Source of the DNA: a virus | Taxonomy: Duplodnaviria; Caudoviricetes | Strand: one strand, 5' to 3' | DNA: 64,000 nt | IMG/VR virus record: IMGVR_UViG_3300042558_004043 | In this document: one piece after another, positions 18,401 through 27,500 of the stretch | How the letters are laid out: each line of letters opens with the position of its first letter | Numbering within the stretch: the stretch's first letter is position 1 | Notes under the pieces: generated by a model | What the model was told of the DNA's origin: nothing | Seen by the model: only the letters and a program-made list of their open reading frames with translations | The model's database searches: none | Position numbers and translations under genes: made by a program

Positions 18401-21400
18401 ATGGTTGGCGCCTACTAGTCAAACACATAGATTAAGAGTATCAAGATACGCATTAGGTCTTGGAGAACCTACTTTCTTAAATTTAGGTACTAGTTACAAT
18501 CCTAATATTTTAGGATTAGGCTCTTTAGTTGAAACATTAGATATTGCACATTCATTTGATTTTATAACAAATACCGGATTTTTATGGATTAAGAAAGTCG
18601 CCAACACTAATGTTACGTATATAAATGAATGGACAATTAATGATGAATACTATAATTTAACTTGGAGTAGATTAATCACACTTAATACTTCAAATAATAA
18701 CGGAGTGATTTCAAGAATTGACCAAGGTATGGCGTATATCTCTCCAAACACACTTGCCATGGGAGCAATAGTAGGTGGAGGATGGGCCGGTTGTCCAACA
18801 GCGTCTTGTAGAGGGGTTATTTTACAAGTTAATATTACAAATAATAGCATTACGTTTACTAACTGTACTGTGATGTTTAATCTTCCGGTTGTTGGAAGTG
18901 TGAATTACAATGGAACTACTAACTTACTTGTTTGGTCAGGTATGTATTTTATGGATAATAGCCTGATTATCACCGCAAAATACGGTAGTACTTTAGTCTC
19001 AGCGTCACCAATGTATATTTTAGAATATCCATATGTGATTGGGGCTACACCATCGTTGATTCAAGAAATAGGTCCTAATTATACCCAACCCGCAGTTTCG
19101 CACTTCCCAATGACAATGGAAAATGGTGTTTATTTGATTAGAAATGAAAACACTAACTGGTCTGTATTTGAATATGAAACTTCGTTCCCAAATGGTGTTT
19201 CTTCTGTCTACCAAGGATTAACATTCAATGGAGTTACTGGACCTCACGGAGTTTCTTCAATAAATTCAACCGCCGAATCTTTACAACTATGCGAACCTAT
19301 AGCTTTAACTACTGATTTGTGTGAAGAATGTGGTTTTTATTTTGACATAATTGAAACCGGTAACATAGGTTACATAGTAGCCGGCAACTTATTGTCGACA
19401 TGTCAGGGTAATATTTCAGATTATGTTATTAATTGGTACGGACCAAATAGTACAACAGAAATTGCGTTTACCAGCGGTTTAGGAAATCAATTTATTTATG
19501 ATTATCCTCATCCATTAACAGGTGAACAATCTCCAATTGTATTATCAGGGGAATATTTACCTGTGATTGATAGAATCAACTTAGGTGGTGTTATTTATTC
19601 ACAAGATGGGTCAAATGGTAGTATTGCCACAAACTTGTCTTGTTTTGAATCAATTGAAGTTACATGTGCTGATTGTTTAAATGGAAATTCTGATGACCCT
19701 ATTTATTCATATGAATTTTCATTCGATGGTGCGATTGTAGGAACTCAAACACCACCGTTCCAAACTTGTTTGTCTCTACCATCTACAGTTAATCATATTG
19801 CTTGGGCATTCACAGGATTTGCGGCTTATGATAATATTAAGATTATATATAATGGAAATAACTACACACAACCAGTTATTTTAGCCAATTTTAACATAGG
19901 TAGTACCCTGATTCCAATGGGAACAATGTGGACAAATTACGAAATAGACGTTGCCGCCCCATCTTTTAGTAAAGTCACGTCATTAACTGGTTTATTAAGA
20001 AGTCCAGGGTTTGAAAATATTATTTTCCAAATTACCTCCCCATCAGGTGCGAGCAATTGGATTTTAAAATATGATTGTATGGAAACATTTGATTGTGAAA
20101 ATTGTCCTCAAAATCAGGAAATTGAAAACAAGTATAAAATTGATTCAAGTAGTATAAGTACAACCTCATATGATGGTAATAATCAACCTATAGATTTTTC
20201 AGCATCTTGTTATAGTAAAGTTGTTTTGGGTATAAAAGTGTGTGATGAAGACTGTTCTACAGTATCAATACCTCAGACACTTTTCAATTATTATCCATAT
20301 GCGTTTTCGCCTTACACGGGTCCTAAAGGTTATGCGTTATGTAATTTTCCACCAAATGACACAGTTTTATTTGGAGGTAATGAACAATTAACTTTAGATG
20401 GTTTAAAAACCATACAATTAAATCCTGGAAATCAACCATATAATTGTCTTTCATTATCTCAAACTAGCACAATATCTTATAACAAATATGTTGACGGTGA
20501 TTATTGGATTATCGAGGTCACCTCAAACTCCAATATTCCAATCGATTATATGTACCAATCATACTTAAATGCGATGAATGAAATCTCATATTGCGGATAT
20601 ATGGATTGTAATCAAGATTTTCCAGGTGTTGTTGGGCAGACTTGTCCATTTAGTGGAGGAACGTCAATCAATGGTATACCATCATATTCTGACCCAACAG
20701 ATTATAGATATTATAGAAGTATTGAATTTGGTATTCCTACCGCATCAGGTAATACTTTATGTGGGGAAATTCTTGGGGGAGATACTGGAGGTTCAACAGG
20801 TACTGTTGGCAATACTACCGACACGGCTTTAAAATTCCAAATCCACGTTTCAGCTGTAGTAACTACAGGAACAATGGATGGTTTAGAGTTTTATTTAAAA
20901 ATTGAGAACTATGGATTTTTAGAATCAAATACATTCACTTGTTCTACTTCACCTAATTTTGGTATTAATATCATTAATTTTATAAATAATTCATATTACA
21001 GTGACGATGTTCAATTTACTTCACAAACAGGAGCAATATTTGAATCACCATTCACTACCTCAAGACGTGTTTATCTAACGTCATGTAATCCACGGGTTTC
21101 TTATAATATAGCAGGTTTGTTTGATACTAATTTAATCAGTAATGCCACATTGCCATTCTATTCTCAAAATGAAAGTTTACCTGAATTTTCTTCAACAACT
21201 TGCACTAATTTTGTAGGAATGTTTAATACGTATTTCCCCAATATAGTTGATTACTATATGTATAAATATAGACTTGAGATTATAGATAGTAACACAGTAG
21301 ATTTTAACATTTACGCTTATCCTATAGTTAATGGTATATGGCAAAACACACCAATTTTGATTCTTACCTACGTAAATGGTGTGGTAACTTTTAGTGACCC

Positions 21401-21416
21401 AAACTATGTATATTGA
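9420..21416 (+). CDS. Giant (3998 aa) mosaic virion/adhesin-like protein: Cys-rich repeats, delta-60-type blade, LamG-like domain, C1q-like domain, three tandem beta-propeller-like pairs
   Basis: Uninterrupted ORF. LamG-like DFTVEFW...WVHIAIVRNSGDIFLYVNG...ISNLRI; C1q-like YNPTTGVYTSPGNGDYTF; IDETF...QLNDGSILVGG; internal repeats PDPRCRPLLLFSG / PDPRCRPLILFSG. No signal peptide; located in the structural region. Confidence 0.75.
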   Translation: MDPFIYYYDFEDCFQLDLSGNPLTYVVGSNEELSLDAPYLIYPIEEPNSRSCAVYITASTSSAATHYTDVASKYVDCDLCLSANTQVVTVSGITKPDLSSLNLIADSRFKKGDVLGVNIVYDDSGTTKFINSPAIITETFPYKFGSKACDYSVSNIEYVGPFYTFIIHFNQPLNTNIYTINVAAPMGYYQIVTNTYTLNSESESLNIAPGYTSIPFNVPLQNPDTWVQTITFNVTFTCTDGTTTFNEVTFNFPCNCYTLNNSGATAQSVTYVSCVTTEFFTETYPVKTLKFVGTKKICAKRLINVGSNITYVDNTETEGVVCSNLTDQPFINEDIKCRNSSLFIRKSINSSIPVKVNYLPYDSFQQVVESKGVYYLVEDCVNGSTSVILSHQYFEKYGQIISLPTGESKCKKVLNAVTSGDYSEISGVTTEIFSTKVFENCYECSNYINNSGIDETFKDNSYTTSQINTITQLNDGSILVGGDGLVQVNNGSLYSAGNILKMSPEGELVLNFNSNNGGSLSLYNGNYIYTDFSEGFNFDSDFTVEFWLNYSSTNLENPSIISFYDSSNTQGWELSFTGLCQLNFTYNENVINFESQINIYQWVHIAIVRNSGDIFLYVNGKQDSIVTTGITDSITATTGTSFYIGTNYDKTTNLDAYISNLRICKIAVYTGEFTPQTTPLTITQSSYSNVSYLPTSATTLLMNFENLSSILFDNSIYSNVFYSYKPTISYLAFSPVNKTDLNEIYDGQPTNSFVQLDLPEGFTLNAYGTKISTVYLGTNSYLTFEQGSNSGDLILPEDIPSSISSSGLFISTVGDGLTTDNDTYIRKISTGYTENGESLIVRVEGGYKNFLGGGQGFCCRCITVTNQSQNVNYLNYTKCDNLSEEVTITVLPSNEYTFCAVWSANESPDLPSNPYFAEPLSFRAYRNVAQNLQIAQPNIWTDFTFNTESFDYYNGYNPTTGVYTSPGNGDYTFRARFVFVSQQNNNFLTVGLFVNGVLYDSFTYGPSTALVNFETESIFENVQLNINDAVRIRVARTVNGSTTGTFTILAGIDSSNGNNLFELTNVNSGLSNELSPTSVTTISVDGWCGKLTDDSNSHWVCGDDFSWVEGCSPIAVCQENNVVANPQFLVQGIPNTTIPSWESVNGVGQTSTLWQTVGNNSTFGSAALYTGGDLNNYLQQNCLVIGATYEISFDLSLPVFFTDFGGTCTVFPGQRWVRVFAGSNGSEFFTPTSTFGSGGYQRFTTTLVATSTLLRFQAHEDCVANIPISISNICAIQTEPAPDCTCYEVRHTNAGLNPPQSTWFLFSWRDCSGSPHSSFVGQNPLFPCILNDNFSFVDQPGIGTNEQYAYVEDTNEFCGLSNSQYCIEPTVFPCTCFELKIGNNLTVEFLDCDGNYRFITNNYGPSVTVQGTVCMTSIINTSSQSSITDRGPCTANNAYCLARLLPDPLPPIEGCIVMLNSSTDEFDIFLYDTNQGSLIPISLQGPYIFNNADSSGDTYTDIAISRTSQRVYFKTNGTYQTNQVGPYPASYIGYFTINFQTGTYVSGATINVTPDLPFQDPYDFFTVNHGLEVDLDGFHVFVSSMNYSELDDVQSILRCEIIDSGQDTILTQVCPCERLFDLLPGRRVQGDMCRTTDNKLFITTTDGERVFIEQWHTDGTPEGSLFEFEIVTGLSADGDNQIDLYILDGSLFCIDNNQFNIPVYKVISDYPYGLEPVDSITNLTNYATYGGLFNGAATFPECNSFSFIYPDPRCRPLLLFSGLSNTFFVSRFNFLPFQPISTLNLGTHPVPTVGPNEIAHTFDYETNTGLLWILFNTQSSIWVTTIWEFTLNGTTLPNGEIDFIGTYNRQITLTQTNQAITSLRFFAGLAAIDDNTLIIGTRNGYGTSSAALRSRIVQLNLTPGNVNLNLTFNANTTTMFTLPTAGSPGYTLPRNAIIQSMDYAVDNKLIVIVRSGLPESSNINLTRVILQYPYAIDAQYEYINTILDAEGNGNATSDNVQQIGVVNYNNFIFVHRNQNIGANQNWGGYILNNEPNYGISGYLDIPQTQYTLSPLFNTALRASSTINVTVPSQIQCELTRFVPNIAPVIPTLSNCPVFLNSSGLEGLWNYNVTNNTHNFILLPQLGDVAETIYSYRDVAVCNTNNRLYVLQTLSDLPQPNPSSPWDNNLIWWNVDFETGQLIDGPFLIQLPSPVTFGALRLSEGLEVSPNGNLIYLSTVPIPGEPQTPRVLIYDVFNTSQFNYYTELISFTNGRRVKGDFIRTNNDKLFISTTDGTTIYIEQWTCDDSPEGTIFDNEIEFGPDVYESLDIFLSLNEGVSEFYVVASQNSTSSVFKIDVDLTITQSWNNTNLQTINGAASYPSCHSFEFEFPDPRCRPLILFSGNNQFVAIRWDGETEDPQQVLDLGNTYPAPGNSVQRSMSITHIFDFNFNTGWMWISRRPTPAITNVNFQIYEWSIDDEDFNLTFNRVINVSASGTTFRHNLGIASLDRNTLIIETWSGGTGPYNNQQNYREFIGQLDITPALGNNLSLVNNMTLMFRLPAQGDSIYTGTRSTVIYSNFYLGPDNKLVIFARDSTNLSQTGIKYLLQYEYVQSTNPNFFAFPEVYFPYPDPQNPGNGVTNFIATFLDEIRSIRLTNNAPGFGNAFSQLLFSPTNYLVTGSNIDEFWTPPNGRGPFGASSINSSPEAIALCNPLTFTPNLIVTTILPTCPVFFVTRADNNDLNPNRVFYYNVNDNESIEIELPNIPTITNDRFWDIAYNSVSQRLYLLHGSNQTTDVRLTWWNVDFISGFVITPNPTSVTLQNPEPLVNGNPGLFAAALGVSEDGLNVFLSTRPSNSNTWSIRRFDTVSQQFITPAILTLPVDESPTDIAVVNNNRMLIGYGVTNPTRWMIKQIYLDGSFTNAVIEETVTIFNFPESTDYGSGIDLFLTDQNRLYIAASYASNSSNVSDIYEVDIYGNTTSVYSDTGLGRVSGAASSPSCSSFSFQSLCNPLMLWLAPTSQTHRLRVSRYALGLGEPTFLNLGTSYNPNILGLGSLVETLDIAHSFDFITNTGFLWIKKVANTNVTYINEWTINDEYYNLTWSRLITLNTSNNNGVISRIDQGMAYISPNTLAMGAIVGGGWAGCPTASCRGVILQVNITNNSITFTNCTVMFNLPVVGSVNYNGTTNLLVWSGMYFMDNSLIITAKYGSTLVSASPMYILEYPYVIGATPSLIQEIGPNYTQPAVSHFPMTMENGVYLIRNENTNWSVFEYETSFPNGVSSVYQGLTFNGVTGPHGVSSINSTAESLQLCEPIALTTDLCEECGFYFDIIETGNIGYIVAGNLLSTCQGNISDYVINWYGPNSTTEIAFTSGLGNQFIYDYPHPLTGEQSPIVLSGEYLPVIDRINLGGVIYSQDGSNGSIATNLSCFESIEVTCADCLNGNSDDPIYSYEFSFDGAIVGTQTPPFQTCLSLPSTVNHIAWAFTGFAAYDNIKIIYNGNNYTQPVILANFNIGSTLIPMGTMWTNYEIDVAAPSFSKVTSLTGLLRSPGFENIIFQITSPSGASNWILKYDCMETFDCENCPQNQEIENKYKIDSSSISTTSYDGNNQPIDFSASCYSKVVLGIKVCDEDCSTVSIPQTLFNYYPYAFSPYTGPKGYALCNFPPNDTVLFGGNEQLTLDGLKTIQLNPGNQPYNCLSLSQTSTISYNKYVDGDYWIIEVTSNSNIPIDYMYQSYLNAMNEISYCGYMDCNQDFPGVVGQTCPFSGGTSINGIPSYSDPTDYRYYRSIEFGIPTASGNTLCGEILGGDTGGSTGTVGNTTDTALKFQIHVSAVVTTGTMDGLEFYLKIENYGFLESNTFTCSTSPNFGINIINFINNSYYSDDVQFTSQTGAIFESPFTTSRRVYLTSCNPRVSYNIAGLFDTNLISNATLPFYSQNESLPEFSSTTCTNFVGMFNTYFPNIVDYYMYKYRLEIIDSNTVDFNIYAYPIVNGIWQNTPILILTYVNGVVTFSDPNYVY
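13780..19320 (+). repeat. Intragenic tandem triplication of an ~620-aa (A+B) unit
   Basis: A modules start C.V/I.L/F at ~13782, 15702, 17544. B modules start C.PL.L at ~14667, 16530, 18384 and share (I/A)H.FD....TG..WI. The identical 20-mer CCTGACCCAAGATGTAGACC occurs at 14667 and 16530 (1863 nt apart). Confidence 0.8.
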
Positions 21417-21438
21417 TATTACAAAAAAATAATTATTA

Positions 21439-21466
21439 AAAAAGGAGGTTATTTAACCTCCTTTTT
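21439..21466 (+). terminator. Intrinsic terminator
   Basis: AAAAAGGAGGTT-attt-AACCTCCTTTTT; TATTTAT motif follows at 21477-21483. Confidence 0.85.
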
Positions 21467-21537
21467 AATTTATTGATATTTATATAAAAACTATAAATAA
21501 TTGTATTTAGAATACACTATTAAAAAAATATAAGTAA

Positions 21538-24500
21538 ATGGAAAGTCAAAATTATAATCCTCCTTTGGGATTTGTGTTAACCCCGTTTCCAACAAATACA
21601 CCTACACCAAGTAACACTCCAACCCCAACTAAAACGCCTAGCAGCGGGTTCGTTAATCCAACACCAACTAATAGTCCTACAAATACTAAAACTCCAACTA
21701 ATACTAAAACCCCTACTAAAACTTCTGGAATTACTCCAACAAATACTCCAACTAGAACAAACCGCCCTGCAGAAGAATTGGCCGAAGTAACAGTAGGACC
21801 AAACGGGTTCCAAGGACCAACAATTTATGTAAAAAACTTAACAAAAAATACCATTTATATATATGATGGTTCAAATGGTTGGACTGGATTAAACGTTAAA
21901 ATAGGACAAACTAAAACCTTTCCATTAATAGAGTTTACAACTGGTATTATAAGAATTGACACCAATGCTGACTCATATCAAAGTTATGAAAGCACATGTT
22001 ATAATATAAATTACAGACAAGGTGATAAATCAAATACATCATTTTTAGGAGATTACGTTTATTTTGAAAAAGTTAATTGTAATGAAGAGTTACCACAAGT
22101 TGTACTTAATAATACTTGTTTTTGTAATTCAGAAAAATGCGGAGTTGAACAAAATATAAATCAATCGGTAATTTCTTATACAACAATACAGTTATGTGAA
22201 CAAAAAGAAAACACACCAAAAGGATTAGTTTATTTGGATACGGAAATTGACCCATCATTAGGTTTTCCGGTTACTTTTGACGTTTATTATAGCTCATTGT
22301 ATCCTAACTCTCCTGATTTTACTTTCACATTAGATGATACCGATACGAGAATGTCAGATTTAGGAAGCTCTATTGATAATTCTATTTATTTGGACGGTAC
22401 CGGTCCTAAGTTCATTTTTGTTGTAATAACGGCCGAAAATGGAGGTAAGTGGTCAACATCAGTATCTTGTGCCGATGATACTTCACCTTTAATATATAGT
22501 TACGAATTTTATTTGAATAACCCGAATAAATTTGTTTTAAATATTGAGTCTAATCCTTTCACAGGAACTGTTAATAGACTTGGCGGTATAAGTGATGGAA
22601 CTTCATCATATACTGAAACTTTTTTAACTAATACGGAAAGTTCAGTCATATTTGATTTTGCAAATATTAATAAAAATAACACTCAATTTAAAAATTCACC
22701 AATAATAAATAAAAATGGTTTCACTAAAGATTTATTAGTTTCTGGAGCTTCTGTAAATACCATTGTTGAATTTGGTGATAGTATTTTGGTAGGTGGAGAT
22801 TTTAATTATTATAATGATAGAATGGTTTGTCCATTAGTTAAACTAGACAAAAACGGAATCCAAGATTTAACTTTTTCAGATAATTTATATATAAGCGGAG
22901 AGGTTAAAACTATTTTATCCACAGATAAAGATTCGATATTTGTTGGTGGTGATTTAAAATCAAGCACATGCGATAGACACATTTTGTTTGTAGAACATGA
23001 AAATGTCATATATAACACTATACCAGGAGTGGTGTTACCAGGAGACCCGGCTGAAAAAAGATTCAATATAGTATCTTATAATATTTTAACCAATACGGCT
23101 AGAGTTATATTCGAAAGCGAAAATAATTTGCAAGCAGCGGTGGGTGAACAGGCGGTTGATATTGCACATACTTTTAATTATAATACAAATACAGGTAAGA
23201 TTTGGATACTTTACAAATCGCCAGGAACTGGAACACATGCTAAAACAATATATGAGTATAACATTTTAAATTCTAACTACGATGTTTCAGAATTAGTAAG
23301 AACTATAACCATAGCCGAGCCTGAAGAGTTCGTAGGTTTAGGAAGAGGATTGGCAGTATTTGATAGCGAAAATTTGATATCAACATTATTTAACAGTTTC
23401 TATGATATTTCTTTTGTAAAAATTCCTATAAATAGCGTCGGAAATGTAACGGTAAATCCAATTCCAATAGAGGGTATAAATCCCGATATATTTTCTAATT
23501 ACCCCGCAAACCCAAGATTTTACTCTGACGTATTAGTTACAGATAATAATACTATAGTTTACGCCTTTTCGGAGAGAGAGTCTTTAGGACAAAGCGCATA
23601 TACAACTATTTATGAAATTGATATTGTAAGTGGGGGTGTAGTATTTTCAGCAACAACACCTGTGCAATATATAGATGATGGAGGTATTGACATTAGGTTA
23701 GAAGTTGGAGGGTTGTTTTCTTTTCAAAATTATTGGTATCTTACATTTACGCGTCATCCAAACGATTTTTATGACTCACCATCTAACAATGAGTTTATAT
23801 TTAAAATTAATGACCCTAATATAGGATTTATTCCATTTGTTTATAATATACAATCAGCCAATCAATCAAACATAACTCATCATCCCCAAAGAACATTTGT
23901 CGGGGCATCATCTTTGAAGGATTGTAATATCTTTTCGTATTTAGTTCGACCTCCTGAACCTTGCCAGTGTTATAAATTCTATAATAGCGGAAGTACGGCT
24001 CAAGGTATGACATATGTTGATTGTGCATCAACAACTAAAAAAATTAAATTTAAAGGAACCAAAAAATTATGCGTTCAAAATGTATTATCTTTAGGAACAA
24101 ATATTTCTCAAACTTTACTTGGTAATTGTGTTAATGGAAAATGTCCAATAACTCAAACACCATCAGATAACATTGTAAAAATAAATAGTTTAGGGCAAAT
24201 AGATAATAAGTTCTTTAAAAATTCAGGTGAAGGATTTAACGGACCTGTAAATATAATAAAAAAATATATAAATAATACTATTATAATTGGTGGTAATTTC
24301 TCTCAATATAATGGTCAAACAGCTAGAGGTATCATTATATTAAATACCGATGGTACAATATATGACAATTTTGAAGGAGGGTTTAATTTATCAGGTCTGA
24401 CGCCAAATGTTACTGGTATTGAAATATTATTAGATAATTCATTAATAGTTATTGGAGGAGGAGATAATCTAAGTTCGTGGATTACCTCATTTAAAAAACA

Positions 24501-27500
24501 ACCAATTCCAACAAATATTGTTAGAATAGATTCAAGAGGTATTTTAGATACCAAGTTTTCAGCGACAACTGGTTTAGATGGCTCCGCATATTCAATAACA
24601 ACTGATTGTGATGGAAAAATAGTGATTACTGGTGACTTTGATTGTTATGAAGACACCAATGGTAATAATTGCGGATTAAACAACGTATTAAGAATTAGTA
24701 ATGAAGGTATTTGTGATACTGGATTTGCAAACGATTTATCACTTGACGGTCAGGTTAATGCTGTACTTTCTTTAACAAAAAATAGAAGTTTATGTAACTA
24801 TTCAGTTTCTAATATTGAATACGTGGGTCCAACTAATCAATTTAAGATTTATTTTGAGCAACCATTGGATGAAAACATATCTTCAATTAAGGTTGAAAGA
24901 CCAGGAGGATTCCAATTGTATTTAGTAGGTGAGAATTCTGAATATGTTGGAATTGAACCTGGAGATACATGGATACCTCATAATGTTGGGTTGACCGGTT
25001 ATCTTTCTGAATGGGTGCAAACAATAACATTTATAGTTACTTTCACATGTGTAGATGGAATAACTTCAGTTAACGAGGTAACTTTTAATTTCCCTTGTGA
25101 TTGTTATACCTTATATAATAGTGGAACTACCCCTCAAATAGTAAGTTATGTCAGTTGCATAACAGACCCTGAATATTTGACAACATATGCACCTTTACGT
25201 TCATACCCAACAAAAACCGTTAAATTTGTAGGTACCGAAAAAATATGTACAAAAAGATTAATAACAGTTGGGCCTAATGTTACATACGTAAACAATAGTG
25301 AAATTGTAGGGTCTCAAGATAGACAAATTTGTACTAATTTAACTGATAACCCATTTATTAATGAAAATATTAGATGTAGAAGTACAAGTGGTTCTAATCC
25401 ATTAGTTTCTGTAAAAAAGTTAACAACTCAACCACAGTTACAAAGTTGTGAAGAAAAAACTTTGATTTTTGGAGGTTCATTTACTTCCCCTGTTGAAAAT
25501 TTAGTTAAAGTTAGTTTAGGTTCTAATGAAAGACTTTATGAATTTCTGACTTGTGATGGTATTACCGGATTCACTTATGCTCCGGTAAATACTGAAATTG
25601 GTTCTATAGTTTTAGCCTATGTAAATAAAACTGAAGTAGTTTGTGGTACCATAGGTTCTGAGGTTACATCAGGAGACACTATAATCTATACTACTGATGC
25701 TAAAATAAAATATAGTAGTTGTACTGAGTGTTCAGAAACTTACCAAGTAAAATTATTAGTTAGAGAAAAAGGAAAACAAGATAGAGTGTTCTTAAAAGGA
25801 ATGGATAAAACTCAAATAGATAAAATTTTATCTGATGGGCCAATATTCTCAACTGGAGGGCCTGAAATATATGAAATTTTAGATTATTGGTTGGGTTCGA
25901 GCGTTGTAGGTTCAAAGTCATTAAGTTTTAGTGCAATAACTCCTACTCCGTCGTTTACTCCAAGTTCAACAGTCCTAAGTAATTGCCCGAGTTTAACCGG
26001 TGTTACTATTTCTGATATTGAAATATCAGGAGGTGATTATAGATTCGTTAATAATGAATCTGGATATGATTTAATACAAATAACATCAACATATCAAATT
26101 ATAACCTCCATAAGTAACGGACAAAGTACTATCTTACCATTATCTTATTTTGAAAATAATACCGCGATTTTTGCAATTATTACTTATCCACAAAATTTCT
26201 CTTGTGTATATTGTATTGATATTTTAACAAATGAACAAGTAACTTGTAATTTTGTAACTCCCACCCCAACACCAACAAAAACCCCTACTCAAACAATACC
26301 AACTTTATATCCTGATTGTCCAATATATTATATTCTTAACAATAGTTTGTATTTGTTTAACCTACAAAATTCAAACAGTTATTTGATGGAGCCTAATTTC
26401 ATTTATAATTCGGCCACAAAATTCACATTGGCTGAAAATAGTTTATATTCAGTCAAAAATCTGACATCTAACGGAAACATTTTTGCAACCCAAATAACTA
26501 AATATAATTTAACAAGTCCTCCATTAAATGTTACATTCTCTGATACATTTGATATTAGTTCTACTGATAATGCAACTTCGATTTTTGCAATAAGTAACAA
26601 CATAATATTTGTTTCATATTATGAAGGCGTTAATTTCATATCAACAAACAATTATATTAGACAATATACATTCCAAAATGGTGTTTTAAATAATAGCTTA
26701 ACAACTGATTTAATAACGTTACCGGTAAATCTATTAATAATAGATTTTATTATTACTTCAACAAATAAAATTTTAGTTTTAGTAAAAAATACATTTAACA
26801 ATTCTTACTATATAAATCAATACGACTATACTAACCCTAACGGCAATTCATCAGAATTAAGTATCTATATTTCATCAGATAATGAAATTTCAGTAACTTC
26901 AATTTTTGAATTTAGTGGTCAATTGTATTTTACATATGTTGATTATAATACCGAGTGGTACGTTCAATTGGTTAAAAGTGTTAGTTTAAACCCACCTTAC
27001 ACAATTAGCACAGCCGCTTCTAATTTTAATGGTATATCTTCTGATTATTTTACATTATATTCTTGTTCTACTATTAATTTTATACAACCAACACCACAGC
27101 CTTCTACAACCCCTACTGAAACAAATGGGTATACAGCTGCAACTCCAACCGCAACCTCAACTAATGTACCGACTAAAACTCCAACTAAAACTAAAACACC
27201 AACAGTAACTAGAACAAACACTTCTAATTATGTTTCACCAACACCAACTAAAACCGGTACCCCAACTAAAACTAAAACTAAATCACCAACCCCTACAAAT
27301 ACTCCTACTAAGACTTCAACGACTACAAACACAAAAACCCCATTTAACACACCAAATCAAACACCATCAATAACTCCAACCAATACAGTAACAAAAACTG
27401 TAACAAAAACTCAAACACCTACAAGAACCCCATCTAGAACTCCAACAAATACTCCAACTAGAACAAATACCCCAACTAGAACAAAAACTTCAACAAATAC

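Noticed and set aside
9864-25380. Duplicated module as a DGR template/variable repeat pair
   Set aside because: Differences between copies are mostly synonymous third-position changes at all bases, not adenine-specific. Both copies are coding and no reverse transcriptase is in the window.
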